Below, one piece after another: positions 48,362 to 58,816 of a stretch of DNA of 64,000 nucleotides (position 1 is the stretch's first letter; every line of letters begins with the position of its first letter). The translations under genes were made by a program, and so were the position numbers. Origin of the DNA: Amoebophrya sp. A120 (lineage: Eukaryota; Protista; Dinoflagellata). A model generated the notes under the pieces. It did no database searches and had not been told where the DNA came from. It worked only from the letters and a program-made list of their open reading frames with translations. The stretch is from contig CAJINV010000011.1 in the NCBI GenBank assembly GCA_905178155.1, forward strand, positions 2,714,485-2,778,484. The letters run 5' to 3'.

Positions 48362-50308
48362 TCACGACTCCTCGGGGACGGGTGGCCGCGACATTGCGCT
48401 TCGCAGCGCCGCTTTTGCTTTCGCGGCAGCCGCTGCCCTTTCTCGTGCCGCAATCCACCGGGGCGAATCCCGGCCGACAGACGACGATGATGATGAGCTT
48501 GACGAACCAGAAGTCTGGGGAAGGTTACTAAGTTGCGGTATAGCCGGTCGTGTCGGAGATGTAGTTGCACCACCAGAAAGTATAGTACCCGCCCCCAAAG
48601 ATGCAATGGACGATCCATCTTGAAAAACAGACGTCGACGCACCTCCGGTACCTGAAAATCCAGCGGCACTTTTCTGTGAATGTAAAAGCCCACTGCTCGC
48701 GTAAGACTCGCCGAACCGGGCCGACTGCACGGACCCGAGGTAGCTGGTGGTGGTGCCGGAGGAAACATCATTAGAATATGGTCGTGCTCCACTAGTTATT
48801 TCATTCGCACGAGGAACCCCGCTTGATGAAAGAACATCCTGGGAAGACGACGAAAGCAAATTCCCACCTTGCAGATGATGATCCTCTCGCGGTCCTCTTG
48901 CCACGGCGAGCCCCAAAGGTGGCTGCGGGGGTGGCTCCGGTTCCGGCTGGAGGAGCAGGTGCTGGAGATTTTTCTTGCCGTTCATGTTTTTACTTCCGAG
49001 GTAATCTTCCTCTCCTTCCGCTTGTTGCCCCATCAGGTACATCTGTTCCTTCATCCCCTCCCACGCCAAGTACAAACCGAGGGACGCAACGAGTACGAGC
49101 GTACAAGCGGACACAACAATCGCCCACAGCGGACACTCATTTTCATTATGACTTTGTTCTTGACCGGGTGCAACACCCATGCCGTCGCCGTAGTAAGCCT
49201 GAGCAGGAGTGGAGTTCCTGTTCTCTGCGCCGTCCGTTGTACCGGAGCTCTGGCTTGGCGTGGATTCTCGTCCACGCTGGACATCCGCTATAGTACTACC
49301 CGCCTGCGTCCCGCCCGGGCCCGTCCCAGACGATGCTGCGCTACTAGAAGTACTTGATGCACCAGGAAGTAGCTTTGGTTGCAGAAGTTCGAATTCGATC
49401 ACATTCCTACTTCCACCCATAGTACTCGTGGACGTACTGGTCGTCATTTGCTCGTCGCAGAGGTAAGTAGCGCCGTCCCCCCAGCAGCAGCAGGTCTTCG
49501 CTTTGTTGAAGGCGACAAAACCGTCGTCGAAGCACTGTTTTGCCGTCAGTGCGGACTTGTTGCACACCTCCCGGAGGCCGCACTCTACCAGCTTTCGCCC
49601 CCCGTTGGGTAACTTTTTGTCATTGTTGGTGTTTCCGTCAAGAGTCCGATCTACAACGCGATCCACACAACGCATTTTTATCGGCACGACCATTGGTGGA
49701 CCTCCGCTTAATCTTGAGGAGTCATCTTCTGTGGGAGGCTGGTGGACTCTCGTCTCCCTATTTTCGCCGATTCTGGAGTTTCTATACGATGAGGTACGAC
49801 TTGATTCCTCCACACGCCTGTGCCGTTCATCTTCACGTCTCAATGTGGCCCTTTGAAGCAGGATGCTCGCCTCTTTGTGCTCCTCCTCCTCCTCCTCCAT
49901 ATGTTCGTTCGCTCTTTTATTGCTGGAGCTGGAGGCACCACGTGCAAGCAAAAGATAGGATGGAAAATCGGCGACACTTGCTGGACTGTCAAAGTTGCGT
50001 CGTGCTGCTCTACCGGCGGATAGCAGCGAAGACTTAGACGTTCTGCTCTTCTTAGTGCTGCTGCTGCCCTGGGCGTCCCCTGTTTTAGCAGGAGAGCTGC
50101 TCCTGCTACTATGACCCGCTTTCTTAGCAATATCTGGCGCTACTGAAGTCGGAGTCGCTGCAAGGATATTGCGGCCTCGTCTACGTACAATCCGGTGCGA
50201 CAAGGCAACCTTTGCATTCATCTCGCATGTCAACGTCACGGGAAGAAGAAAGAGCCATGCTGGTCTCGTCCGATTAAAGAAAAAATGGAGAAGTATGAGT
50301 ATCGTCAT
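48362..50308 (-). CDS. Putative type I membrane protein with Cys cluster (648 aa)
   Basis: Hydrophobic N-terminus, Cys-rich segment (ECGLREVC...QC...TCCCWG...LC) and TM LWAIVVSACTLVLVASLGLYLAW. Confidence 0.7.
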   Translation of the reverse strand: MTILILLHFFFNRTRPAWLFLLPVTLTCEMNAKVALSHRIVRRRGRNILAATPTSVAPDIAKKAGHSSRSSSPAKTGDAQGSSSTKKSRTSKSSLLSAGRAARRNFDSPASVADFPSYLLLARGASSSSNKRANEHMEEEEEEHKEASILLQRATLRREDERHRRVEESSRTSSYRNSRIGENRETRVHQPPTEDDSSRLSGGPPMVVPIKMRCVDRVVDRTLDGNTNNDKKLPNGGRKLVECGLREVCNKSALTAKQCFDDGFVAFNKAKTCCCWGDGATYLCDEQMTTSTSTSTMGGSRNVIEFELLQPKLLPGASSTSSSAASSGTGPGGTQAGSTIADVQRGRESTPSQSSGTTDGAENRNSTPAQAYYGDGMGVAPGQEQSHNENECPLWAIVVSACTLVLVASLGLYLAWEGMKEQMYLMGQQAEGEEDYLGSKNMNGKKNLQHLLLQPEPEPPPQPPLGLAVARGPREDHHLQGGNLLSSSSQDVLSSSGVPRANEITSGARPYSNDVSSGTTTSYLGSVQSARFGESYASSGLLHSQKSAAGFSGTGGASTSVFQDGSSIASLGAGTILSGGATTSPTRPAIPQLSNLPQTSGSSSSSSSSSVGRDSPRWIAARERAAAAAKAKAALRSAMSRPPVPEES

Positions 50309-50822
50309 GATCGATGATGGCCGATGGGCATAGAAACGGTAAGGGTAACGGAGGTTTCTACTACATTAATCCGCTGCTCGTTGCGTATGCGTTGTGATAA
50401 ACATGGAAAGTAAAAAAAGAGAAACTATCAACGCTCACGAGAAGGCCGTCGGTAGTCAAATCGACACTGTTCTTGAAGAGACAGGCCATGGGCGGTTCGT
50501 ACGTGCTGCAGAGGAGCTCGTGCTAGAGCATACGACGCTGAAAAGTACAACACACGAGTCCGCACGATATTTTTATTGCACGACAGAAACTGGACAGCGG
50601 TACGATCACGAAGCTGGTAGTAGTAGTAGAACAAAGAATCATGCACGAAGTAGACCACCAATCAGAAGCAGAACCACAAGAGGAAACGAAGCCGCGCAGA
50701 GGCGACCGAAGAAACAACGAAGATTGTGCCGACGACAAAATCACGCTTTTTCATCTTTGCGGTGGGGAAACAAACGCTACTTTCAACTTGAACAGCATGC
50801 GTATGTGATTCTTTTCGGTGGT

Positions 50823-50852
50823 GGTGGAGTGCGTTCCCCGATTGAACATTTT
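50823..50852. repeat. 30-bp direct repeat, left of the ankyrin gene
   Basis: ggtggagtgcgttccccgattgaacatttt, 29/30 identical to 53789-53818. Confidence 0.85.
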
Positions 50853-51033
50853 AACTCAGCAAGTGCGAAGAAGGTGAAGGAGAGTCGATACGGACTGGGT
50901 AACACAGTAGCATAAATGTAGTCTATCCACGAGAGAAAGATTGATGTCAGTCTCTCACACAATCAACTGGGCTCAACTGGAATGAGGTAAGGACCAAGCA
51001 TCGATGTACTGTGCTGACTCAAATTTCAATTAT

Positions 51034-53022
51034 TTAGTGTGCAGCTACAGCCACGGAATCTGCGGTAGAATAACGAGGGCTAAGACTAACAGGATCCACC
51101 ACCTCCACCATATAGTCCGTACAAACCTGTGTAAAAACTTCAGCCACGTCTCCTAGGTCCTGTATCAAGCCGCACAGCTGGGTGTTGTCACGTTCTTCTT
51201 CAGCATCAGCGCGAAGTTTCGCGAGATCGTCACCGAATTCTTTGGTCAACGCTTGGAACAGCAGCCCGCGCAGCTTGTTAGTGCAGTAAATCGCGTGATC
51301 CCCACCTATGATGCGATCGTAAACCTCCTGAAGCTTCGCTGGGTCACAGAATTCCAAGAGGCGCGCCTGAGCCTCCGCGAAAAGAGCGTGATACTCCGCC
51401 GTGTTGATGGTTTTCTGAAGCATTTTTTTCCACCCCGCAATGTCCGTCAGCATAGCCTGCAGAGAAGCGACGCTAGGAGCAGCTTCATCCACCTCTACAC
51501 GACCTTCTAGCACCTGGAGTACCATGGATACCGAGCCCGGTCCACATGCTTGATTATTCCATCCATATTCAGATTGCGTCTGCAGCAACGCACTCGCAAT
51601 GGGAGAAAGAACATCGGCACACAGATTGAAGTCCGGTCGCCCCGAGAGAGCAGCCCGAAGAGCCCGATAAACCAGTGCCAGGGCTTGAGGACCAGAGGTA
51701 ACCAAGGGACTAGGCGATGGAGTCGCATCAAGATCCATTTTAAACCGGTTGAAGGCTTGAATAACCGCACGCCGTACCTGGGCCAGACCTCGTCCGCTGC
51801 AAGCACTTTTATTAGCCTCCTGCGCCTGCTGCCAGACCGAGTCGGGGATGTTCTTGCTCTGCAATTCCGTTTCCAGCTCCAGCAGTGTCTGAGACCACTC
51901 CTCGAGCGCGACCCCTATGCTAAACTCTTCCAGAAGTTTGTACGCGGCCTGCACGTTGCGGCACAACGCTTTGTTAGTGGGAGAGGTGTGTACGTTCTGG
52001 CGGTCCCTGGAAAATTCCTGGAGCGCACGAGCCCCCCGAATAACGAGGTTCTCACATCTTGCTCCTTCCCCCATCAGCTCGATCACCGAGTCAATACAGT
52101 CACGAAATGTGCTGATCACACGAACCGTCTCGTTTGCCAAGTGGATCTCTGCGTTGATGTCCAGACACTCAGCGTCTATGCACTCCCGTACGTCCGGGAG
52201 GCTTGCATGTCGCACGAAACAGGGCAAGAGCAGCGAGGCGTCAACGCCGCCTCCTCTCAGCTTCTGCGCGGATCCCAGGCTCAATCTTTCCGCTCTGACG
52301 CCATTCTCCAGCAGCAGCTTCGCCATCTCGAGATGGTTGTTTTGCGCCGCCAACTCAAGCGCCTCACTGCCATTTGATCTGTCCGCCCTCGCTCCCTGGT
52401 CCAACAGCAGCTTCGCCATCTCGAGATCGTTGTTCTGCGCCGCCAACTTAAGCGCCACATCAGCCCTCGCTCCCCAGTCCAACAGCAGCTTCGCCATCCC
52501 GAGATGGTTGTTCTGCGCAGCCAACATTAGCGCCCAACTGTTATTTTTGTCAGCCCTCACTCCCCGGTCCAACAGCAGCTTCGCCATCTCGAGATGGTTG
52601 TTCTGCGCCGCCAACTCAAGCGCATCACTATCATTTTTGTCAGCCCTCGCTCCCCGGTCCAACAGCAGCTTCGCCATCTCGAGATGGTTGTTCTGCGCCG
52701 CCACATTAAGCGCCCAACTGTTATTGTTGTCAGCCCTCGCTCCCCGGTCCAACAGCAGCTTCGCCATCTCGAGATTGTCGCTTTGCACCGCTCGCTCAAG
52801 CGCCTTATTGAAATAAATTATTTTGTTGGCCCTCTTCGCTCCCCGGTCCAGCAACAGCTTCGCGATCTCGAGATGGTTGTTCTGCGTCGCCTGCTCAAGT
52901 GCAAAGCAGTAATTCTTATCACTGATTTTGGCGCTCGGGCTCGCTCCCCGGTCCAACAGCAGCTTGGCCTCCTGGAGGTCGCCCATCCTTACGGCGTCGA
53001 CTAGCGCGCACGCGTCGGCCAT
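51034..53022 (-). CDS. Ankyrin-repeat protein (~662 aa) with a C-terminal helical domain
   Basis: Eight ALxxAxxxxxLxxAKLLLxxG[A/V] repeats, core period 90 bp. No intron in the CDS. First ATG at 53022. Confidence 0.9.
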   Translation of the reverse strand: MADACALVDAVRMGDLQEAKLLLDRGASPSAKISDKNYCFALEQATQNNHLEIAKLLLDRGAKRANKIIYFNKALERAVQSDNLEMAKLLLDRGARADNNNSWALNVAAQNNHLEMAKLLLDRGARADKNDSDALELAAQNNHLEMAKLLLDRGVRADKNNSWALMLAAQNNHLGMAKLLLDWGARADVALKLAAQNNDLEMAKLLLDQGARADRSNGSEALELAAQNNHLEMAKLLLENGVRAERLSLGSAQKLRGGGVDASLLLPCFVRHASLPDVRECIDAECLDINAEIHLANETVRVISTFRDCIDSVIELMGEGARCENLVIRGARALQEFSRDRQNVHTSPTNKALCRNVQAAYKLLEEFSIGVALEEWSQTLLELETELQSKNIPDSVWQQAQEANKSACSGRGLAQVRRAVIQAFNRFKMDLDATPSPSPLVTSGPQALALVYRALRAALSGRPDFNLCADVLSPIASALLQTQSEYGWNNQACGPGSVSMVLQVLEGRVEVDEAAPSVASLQAMLTDIAGWKKMLQKTINTAEYHALFAEAQARLLEFCDPAKLQEVYDRIIGGDHAIYCTNKLRGLLFQALTKEFGDDLAKLRADAEEERDNTQLCGLIQDLGDVAEVFTQVCTDYMVEVVDPVSLSPRYSTADSVAVAAH

Positions 53023-53283
53023 GGTGCTGACAATTTCCAGCTTTTTTTTATATTGCCTCAGCCTGTACTTGTACCAGACCTGTTTATAGGCCGAGACCCC
53101 AGCGAACAGGCCTTCAGAAGTGTATGTGTGGATAAGCCCTACCCCTAGCCTATCTAGACTGTGAAGAACAACTGGTCGACACAATACCTACACTAAACAG
53201 TTCCTGACGCTTTTGCTACCCACTTCACTTGACCTGTAAGTATTGTCTGTTTATTGGAAGCAGAGTGTGTTTTGGGGAAACTG

Positions 53284-53349
53284 GTAGAAACAGGTCATTT
53301 GCATTTCGATCGTGGCAGTAGAAACAGGTCATTTGCATTTCGATCGTGG
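53284..53349. repeat. Tandem duplication, 34-bp period
   Basis: gtagaaacaggtcatttgcatttcgatcgtgg at 53284-53315 and 53318-53349. Confidence 0.92.
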
Positions 53350-53788
53350 AGTCGGGTGAACAGAGACCTAGTGGTTTTGACGAGATTTTGAGTAGAGGAT
53401 CGATTGGTTGATGCAGGAGCCTGAACCTCGGTAAGGTTTCCTAGCAGTCAGAGAATGAGATCGCCTGGTACACACTAGCGTAATATGTAGCCAAAGAATA
53501 GAAACCAAAATTCAGGCGTCAACAGAACAACTACTCGTTGTCACGATAAGGTTCTTGAATCTACGGAAATAACAGAGCTACACGGCACGGCCACGACATA
53601 GTCTCGCGAAAGACGACAAGCACGGACCTGATTGAAGCAGTGCAAACGCGTAGCATCGGAAGCGAAGATCTTCGAGATCGAGATGCTATTCCTATTATAG
53701 CAACTCCCGAGAAGATGCGAAATCTACATCATGCTTTTGTTTAGGTTGAGAACAAAAAAATACCGAGAGAAAAAATTTCATTCTCTTC

Positions 53789-53818
53789 GGTGGAGTGGGT
53801 TCCCCGATTGAACATTTT
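53789..53818. repeat. 30-bp direct repeat, right of the ankyrin gene
   Basis: ggtggagtgggttccccgattgaacatttt. Confidence 0.85.
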
Positions 53819-54151
53819 GTGCGTCCTTTGCTTCCTGGTCCTGGTCCTGGTGAAAAGCATATGAAAGATTTATAAATTGTGAAGGCACAGATTGATGTTG
53901 AAATGCTTCAGTGTCGTAGTCGTTTTGTTGCGTCGGAACTAAAAAAGCGATTGAAGATTTATCTGCACTGCTCCATGATGCCCCCGCTTGATGATGCTGT
54001 CACGAAACGCTTTGCGGTCAGACTCTGTCTAAACCGCCCAGCATGCTGCGCCAACATGTCCACCGAGTGTGTCTGGGTGGTGAGACGATTGGCTCAAAAT
54101 TTCTAGGCTTTAACGTTTAGACGTATTCGACATCCGCATCTGTTGATCTTC

Positions 54152-57100
54152 TTACTCCGGTTCACAGAGGTTGTTGAACTCGAACAGGTGCTCCTTGTAC
54201 AAAAACGTTTCTCCCGCCTGCACCGCCACGGCGCACGCGGACAGCAGAATAATCACGGCCATTGACAAAATGATCGGCGCCTGCCTCTCCGCAAACAGCT
54301 GCGCGATCATGCCTTGCCCGACCGCCGCGAACAGAAAACCCAGAAAAAACGCGAACAAGGCGTAGTCCAGTGCGTAGTAGCCGAAGAGGGTGAAGGACAC
54401 GCAGGCCGTACTGGCGGTGAAAAATATCATCGTCGCGGCCGTGGCGCTGGCCACGTTGGGTTCCACGCCCAACGCGAGCATCAGCGGGCCCTTCACGATC
54501 CCGCCACCAATGCCGAACATGCCCGCCATCAGGCCCGAGGCCGTGCACACCGCCGGGTAGAGAACCGTATTCCGCTCGTCCCACTTGATACTGCCATGCG
54601 AAGATGAAGTAGACGAGGAAGACGAGGAGGAGCTTAGCTGGGGCGTTTGCAGTGGGTTGTTAACAGTTGCGCGCGATGAAGAGGATGATATTGATAAATT
54701 CGGTCGGTTGAACAGAGCTCCTCCAGGCTCGTCCACTGTGGTGGAACTACCGGTCGTCGCGCAGGAGGCGGAAAGCGGGTCCGGGGCGTGGGTCGTTGCG
54801 GTACTGTGTGGCTGCTTTCGATCTCGAGAGGACTGGATATTAGTTGTATCAAGAGCGTCATTTGCATTTGAAAGCACAGAGGACGAGGTGGTCTGGTTTG
54901 CAAGGGGATGAAATCCATCTACTCGCGTGCTGTCTGTGCTGTACACACTTCGTGGTGAGGAGGCAGAGTCTAGCACATTTGGATTTGCAGCACCTCTCGC
55001 AGTGGACGAAGATAATGTTACACGACCGGAGCTACTACCAAGGTCCGTCGTTCCGGTTGCAGTCAGACTCGGCAGAGGTCCAGTTCCGGTGGAGTTTCCT
55101 CTCCCTGAAGTTGTACCAATCTCGTCCTTGTCCTTCCTCAGAATGGCCGGCGTGGTAAAGTACAAACTGGACCGCACGTGGCGCTGAAAAACCTCCGCCA
55201 GAATCTGCCGCCGGTACAGGAACATCGCGAGCAGAACCACGGGAATGTTGGCCAGGATTACCATCCAGTACCCGGGAGTGCCGCAATTTGCGATAGGATT
55301 GAAATCGTGCCCGTCGCCACGAAGAATCTGCAGGACGAGGCAGGCGATGTAGAGGGGGAGAAAAGAGACGAATTTCTGCAGTTTTTGTTTTTTGTTTTGT
55401 TTTGCTGTATCGTTCCGCTCGATTGCTCCACAATATCTAGAACGACGAGGAAGGACGTCGCACGCAAAAAGTAACAAAAACACAGAGAAAGAAGCCATTT
55501 TTTCAGCATTAGCAGGCAACACATGATGCTGAACATCCACATACCACCCAAGGGCAAGAAGCTGCGTCTACTGCGTGGAAGTTGTTACTTACTGGAAAAT
55601 ACCTTGCACTCAGGCGACCAGCAGGTGGTTGTGTCGTCCTGCTGTGATGTCGGGTTCGGATTCCTCCCCTGTGGTTCTGGTATTGTTCCCTGTGTGGCAA
55701 GCCCTCGAGAGGAGGGGAGGGCGGTTGGTGAAGGGGGCAGGGTGGCCGCGGCGTTTTCCACCATCGGGGCAGCTGAAAAAGTTGGGAATTCTGGAGTGGA
55801 TGTGGATTTGTTGTTTCGTATAGTGCAAGGTTATTTTCAAAGAAAAAGATGTTCTAATCGAAACGTACGAACATAGCAGAATGATATTTGTTGTTGTTCG
55901 AGAAACAAATACCAAAACCTACACCTAGGGTGCAACATATCAACATCACGATTCCACTTCAGATATACCTCTCGCCCCAAACGTGATGCGCTCCCGCTCC
56001 TTCTGCCATCTTTTCTGTCCCTTCTCCAGGGTGTTCTGCCCCATGAGCAACAGCAGCACAAAGAGCAAACACTGCAGCACGAACACCGGCACGAGTTTGT
56101 TGATCAACGTCCCGATCACTGCGCCTAAAATCGTACTGGGCTCCATCATTAAAATGATGTTCCAGTCGATCAGTGCGTCACCCTTGTCCGTCTTCTTGGA
56201 AAAGTTGAACATCAGGTTCGCAATGCTGCCGCCGAAAATTGTCACGTTGGACAGGGCGCTGGCATTCGCGGTGGGAAACTGGAGCACCATCATGTAAAGC
56301 GGTACAAACAACGCACCCCCGCCTATGCCGCCGCAGGCCGCGATAACGGAGACGAGACTGACGAGAAGGAACGAAATCCAGTCGCCTGCAGTGGTTTGAT
56401 GATGTTGGGGTTAATTTATTGTGTCGTGCTGTCGTCCTCGTCGCGAATCAGCATAGCATTCTTTTGATCCTTTCTGTCTAAACACGACCCCGAGGGGGCG
56501 AAGTTGGCAGTTAAGTACTACTTAGGAAAATAAAGAATACGTGCATTCATTGGCCAGAGCGGTTTCGGGCTCCAGGCCTCCTCCTCTTCCTGCACGAAGC
56601 TGGCGGCTATTCGCGAAAAAGTGCCATCTCCCTCGTCGACGACGTCTTCAGCAAGCACATCGATCAGTCCAAAATCGCCAATCAGCTGCTCTACCGGGTC
56701 TTCTTCAGGAAGAGTTCCACCACCAGTCCTCGCTTTTGCTTGTTTTGCTAACTTCTTGTTCCGGCGCTTGACGGTGGTTTTTTCGATCTGTGCTTGGATC
56801 GATTCCACCGACGTGCTGCTTTGCTTGTTTCGATTCAGATTCTCACTCGTCTCGCTGGATTTCTGCGGTGGGCTACTTGCAGCAGTTGCAGCTCCGGCCC
56901 CCGCGTTGAGAGCTGTCTCTGACTGCTCAACACCACGATCCTCGGCCTTCCCTTCTTCATCACTATTTGCTGCCGTTTCACCTTCTACTCGTCTTGTGGC
57001 CTTACTGCCGCGTAACAAAGCGGTCGACCCATTTGCTCGAGACGACCCGCCTTCCATGTCGACGACCGCCCCGTCCCCGAGGCCCAGCCAAAGCAAGCAG

Positions 57101-57174
57101 TAGAGAATCGTTGCCATTCTGCCGCCGCACCGCGTGGAGGGCAGGAATGGGGAGAGGAGCACTATCGTGGTCAT
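54152..57174 (-). CDS. Sulfite exporter TauE/SafE family membrane protein (about 4 exons)
   Basis: Motifs GGIGGGALFVP, IDWNIILMMEPSTILGAVIG and AGMFGIGGGIVKGPLML...VASATAATMIFFT. Three GT-AG introns can be placed in frame. Confidence 0.88.
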
Positions 57175-58816
57175 GCTTGTTGTGGTGCTGGGTCCTCTTC
57201 TATCTTTTTCGGCAAACTGTGCGTGCTGCGCGAATCATCTTCATTGAAGGTACGCTGTAGAAGTTGACAACCAATTTCGTGAACAAACGTTGATGTGAAA
57301 ACAACAAGAACTTTTGCTACTGATACTGAGATACTAGTGGAGTATACCTACGTCTGCTTCAACTTGCTTTAAGTTTGATTTCTAAATTAGATGGGTAGCT
57401 CTGGTCTGAATCCATGTGGCATTTCGCTATTCATCTGCACCACGCACTACCATCTTACAGAAATGAAAATCGAAAATAAACGGTACTTACGACTGTTTGC
57501 TACCGTCTGTATCCAGTTGTTTTTCGTGTCCGTGAAAAAATAATGGCAACAAAACCTTACAACTACAAGTATCTACTTGTTGACGAGCACAGAGTGAGCA
57601 AAAGTAAGTCATGGCCCTATGTAAGTAGATTACTTACTTTTCCGTTTTTCTTTTTTCTCTTTGTGTTCTGTCCAGCCATGTTGCTTCAGCTTCAGGATTT
57701 CATCATCTAGTGCCATTTTTTTTCTCACTTACTGCACTCTAGTACTAATCATTGATACTCCCTGCTCCTTGCGTTTCTGTATCTATTCGAAAACGAATTC
57801 GAATCGACAAAAGTCCCACACAACAACTGTTTGCAGCACACAAACTCGGCGCCCAGTTTTTTACCTTTATTTCTCACATCACTGGACGAGAAGCGACAAA
57901 CGCGGTCGAAGATGCCGAGAAACACTGGGCTGTGACTGGTGTCGAGTGGAAGGAACGAAATACTAACCAACGCCAGCTAGTACAGCCAACCTTCTAAGTG
58001 CGTCGTGGAGAACAAGACTTAATACACAGGTGAACAACGCAGCGTTTTGAAATAAAAAAACCTGTCGTGAGGTCAGCTACTATGAGCAGCTTTGCTGGAT
58101 AGTATAATCAGTATAGTCGGTGACTCCGTGCGCGCAGGAGGGTACATTATTTTCACTTTCTTTTATCCCGATTCAATTTCGTTTGATTTTCTTGGTCCTT
58201 AGCTTACTTCTTTTGACTGGTCCTTTACCTTTCCCATAATTCCGTCCTTCATTACGACTCCTTCGGAGAATAACAAGGCGTCAGCGAATCGTGTCGGCGT
58301 CCAACAAAAGTCCACCAGAGGCAACTACATCTCAACACCACTACAAACCCGAGTGTACCGCGAAATGGTGTGTCCAGCGAACTGGCAATAGCCCGAATGA
58401 CTCGTCCAATGCCACGGAGGTCGTCGTGGTTCTGGTTGCAGTTGTTCTCATTACGAAGTTGACGTGGAGCTGCTCGCACTTGCGTCCGCAAACTTCTTCG
58501 CAAACTCCTGCTCCTTGACTTGCTGTGCCGTCGAAGTCGCCTTTGATACGAAGACATTCGCGATTCACGCACCAGCCTAAGTTATGTTGAGTGCATAGTA
58601 GACACGGTGGAGGGATATAGAAGAGATAATTCCGGAATAAATTATTTATTCATCGTAAAAAAGTGGAACGTCGTTCACATATAATTGTAGTACCAGTTGA
58701 CGAACTTATTTTCATCAAGAAACATCGGTAATTTTCGTCTAAACCAAGACACGGAAATAAAGTCGAAAAGCGCGCGAAGATCAAGAAGATGCGACGAGAC
58801 TACACCTCTACAACTT

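Noticed and set aside
52300-52970. Regularly spaced repeats with an internal palindrome (ccatctcgagatgg), CRISPR-like at first sight
   Set aside because: In-frame ankyrin coding repeats with similar intervening sequence, no cas genes, and a eukaryotic context.
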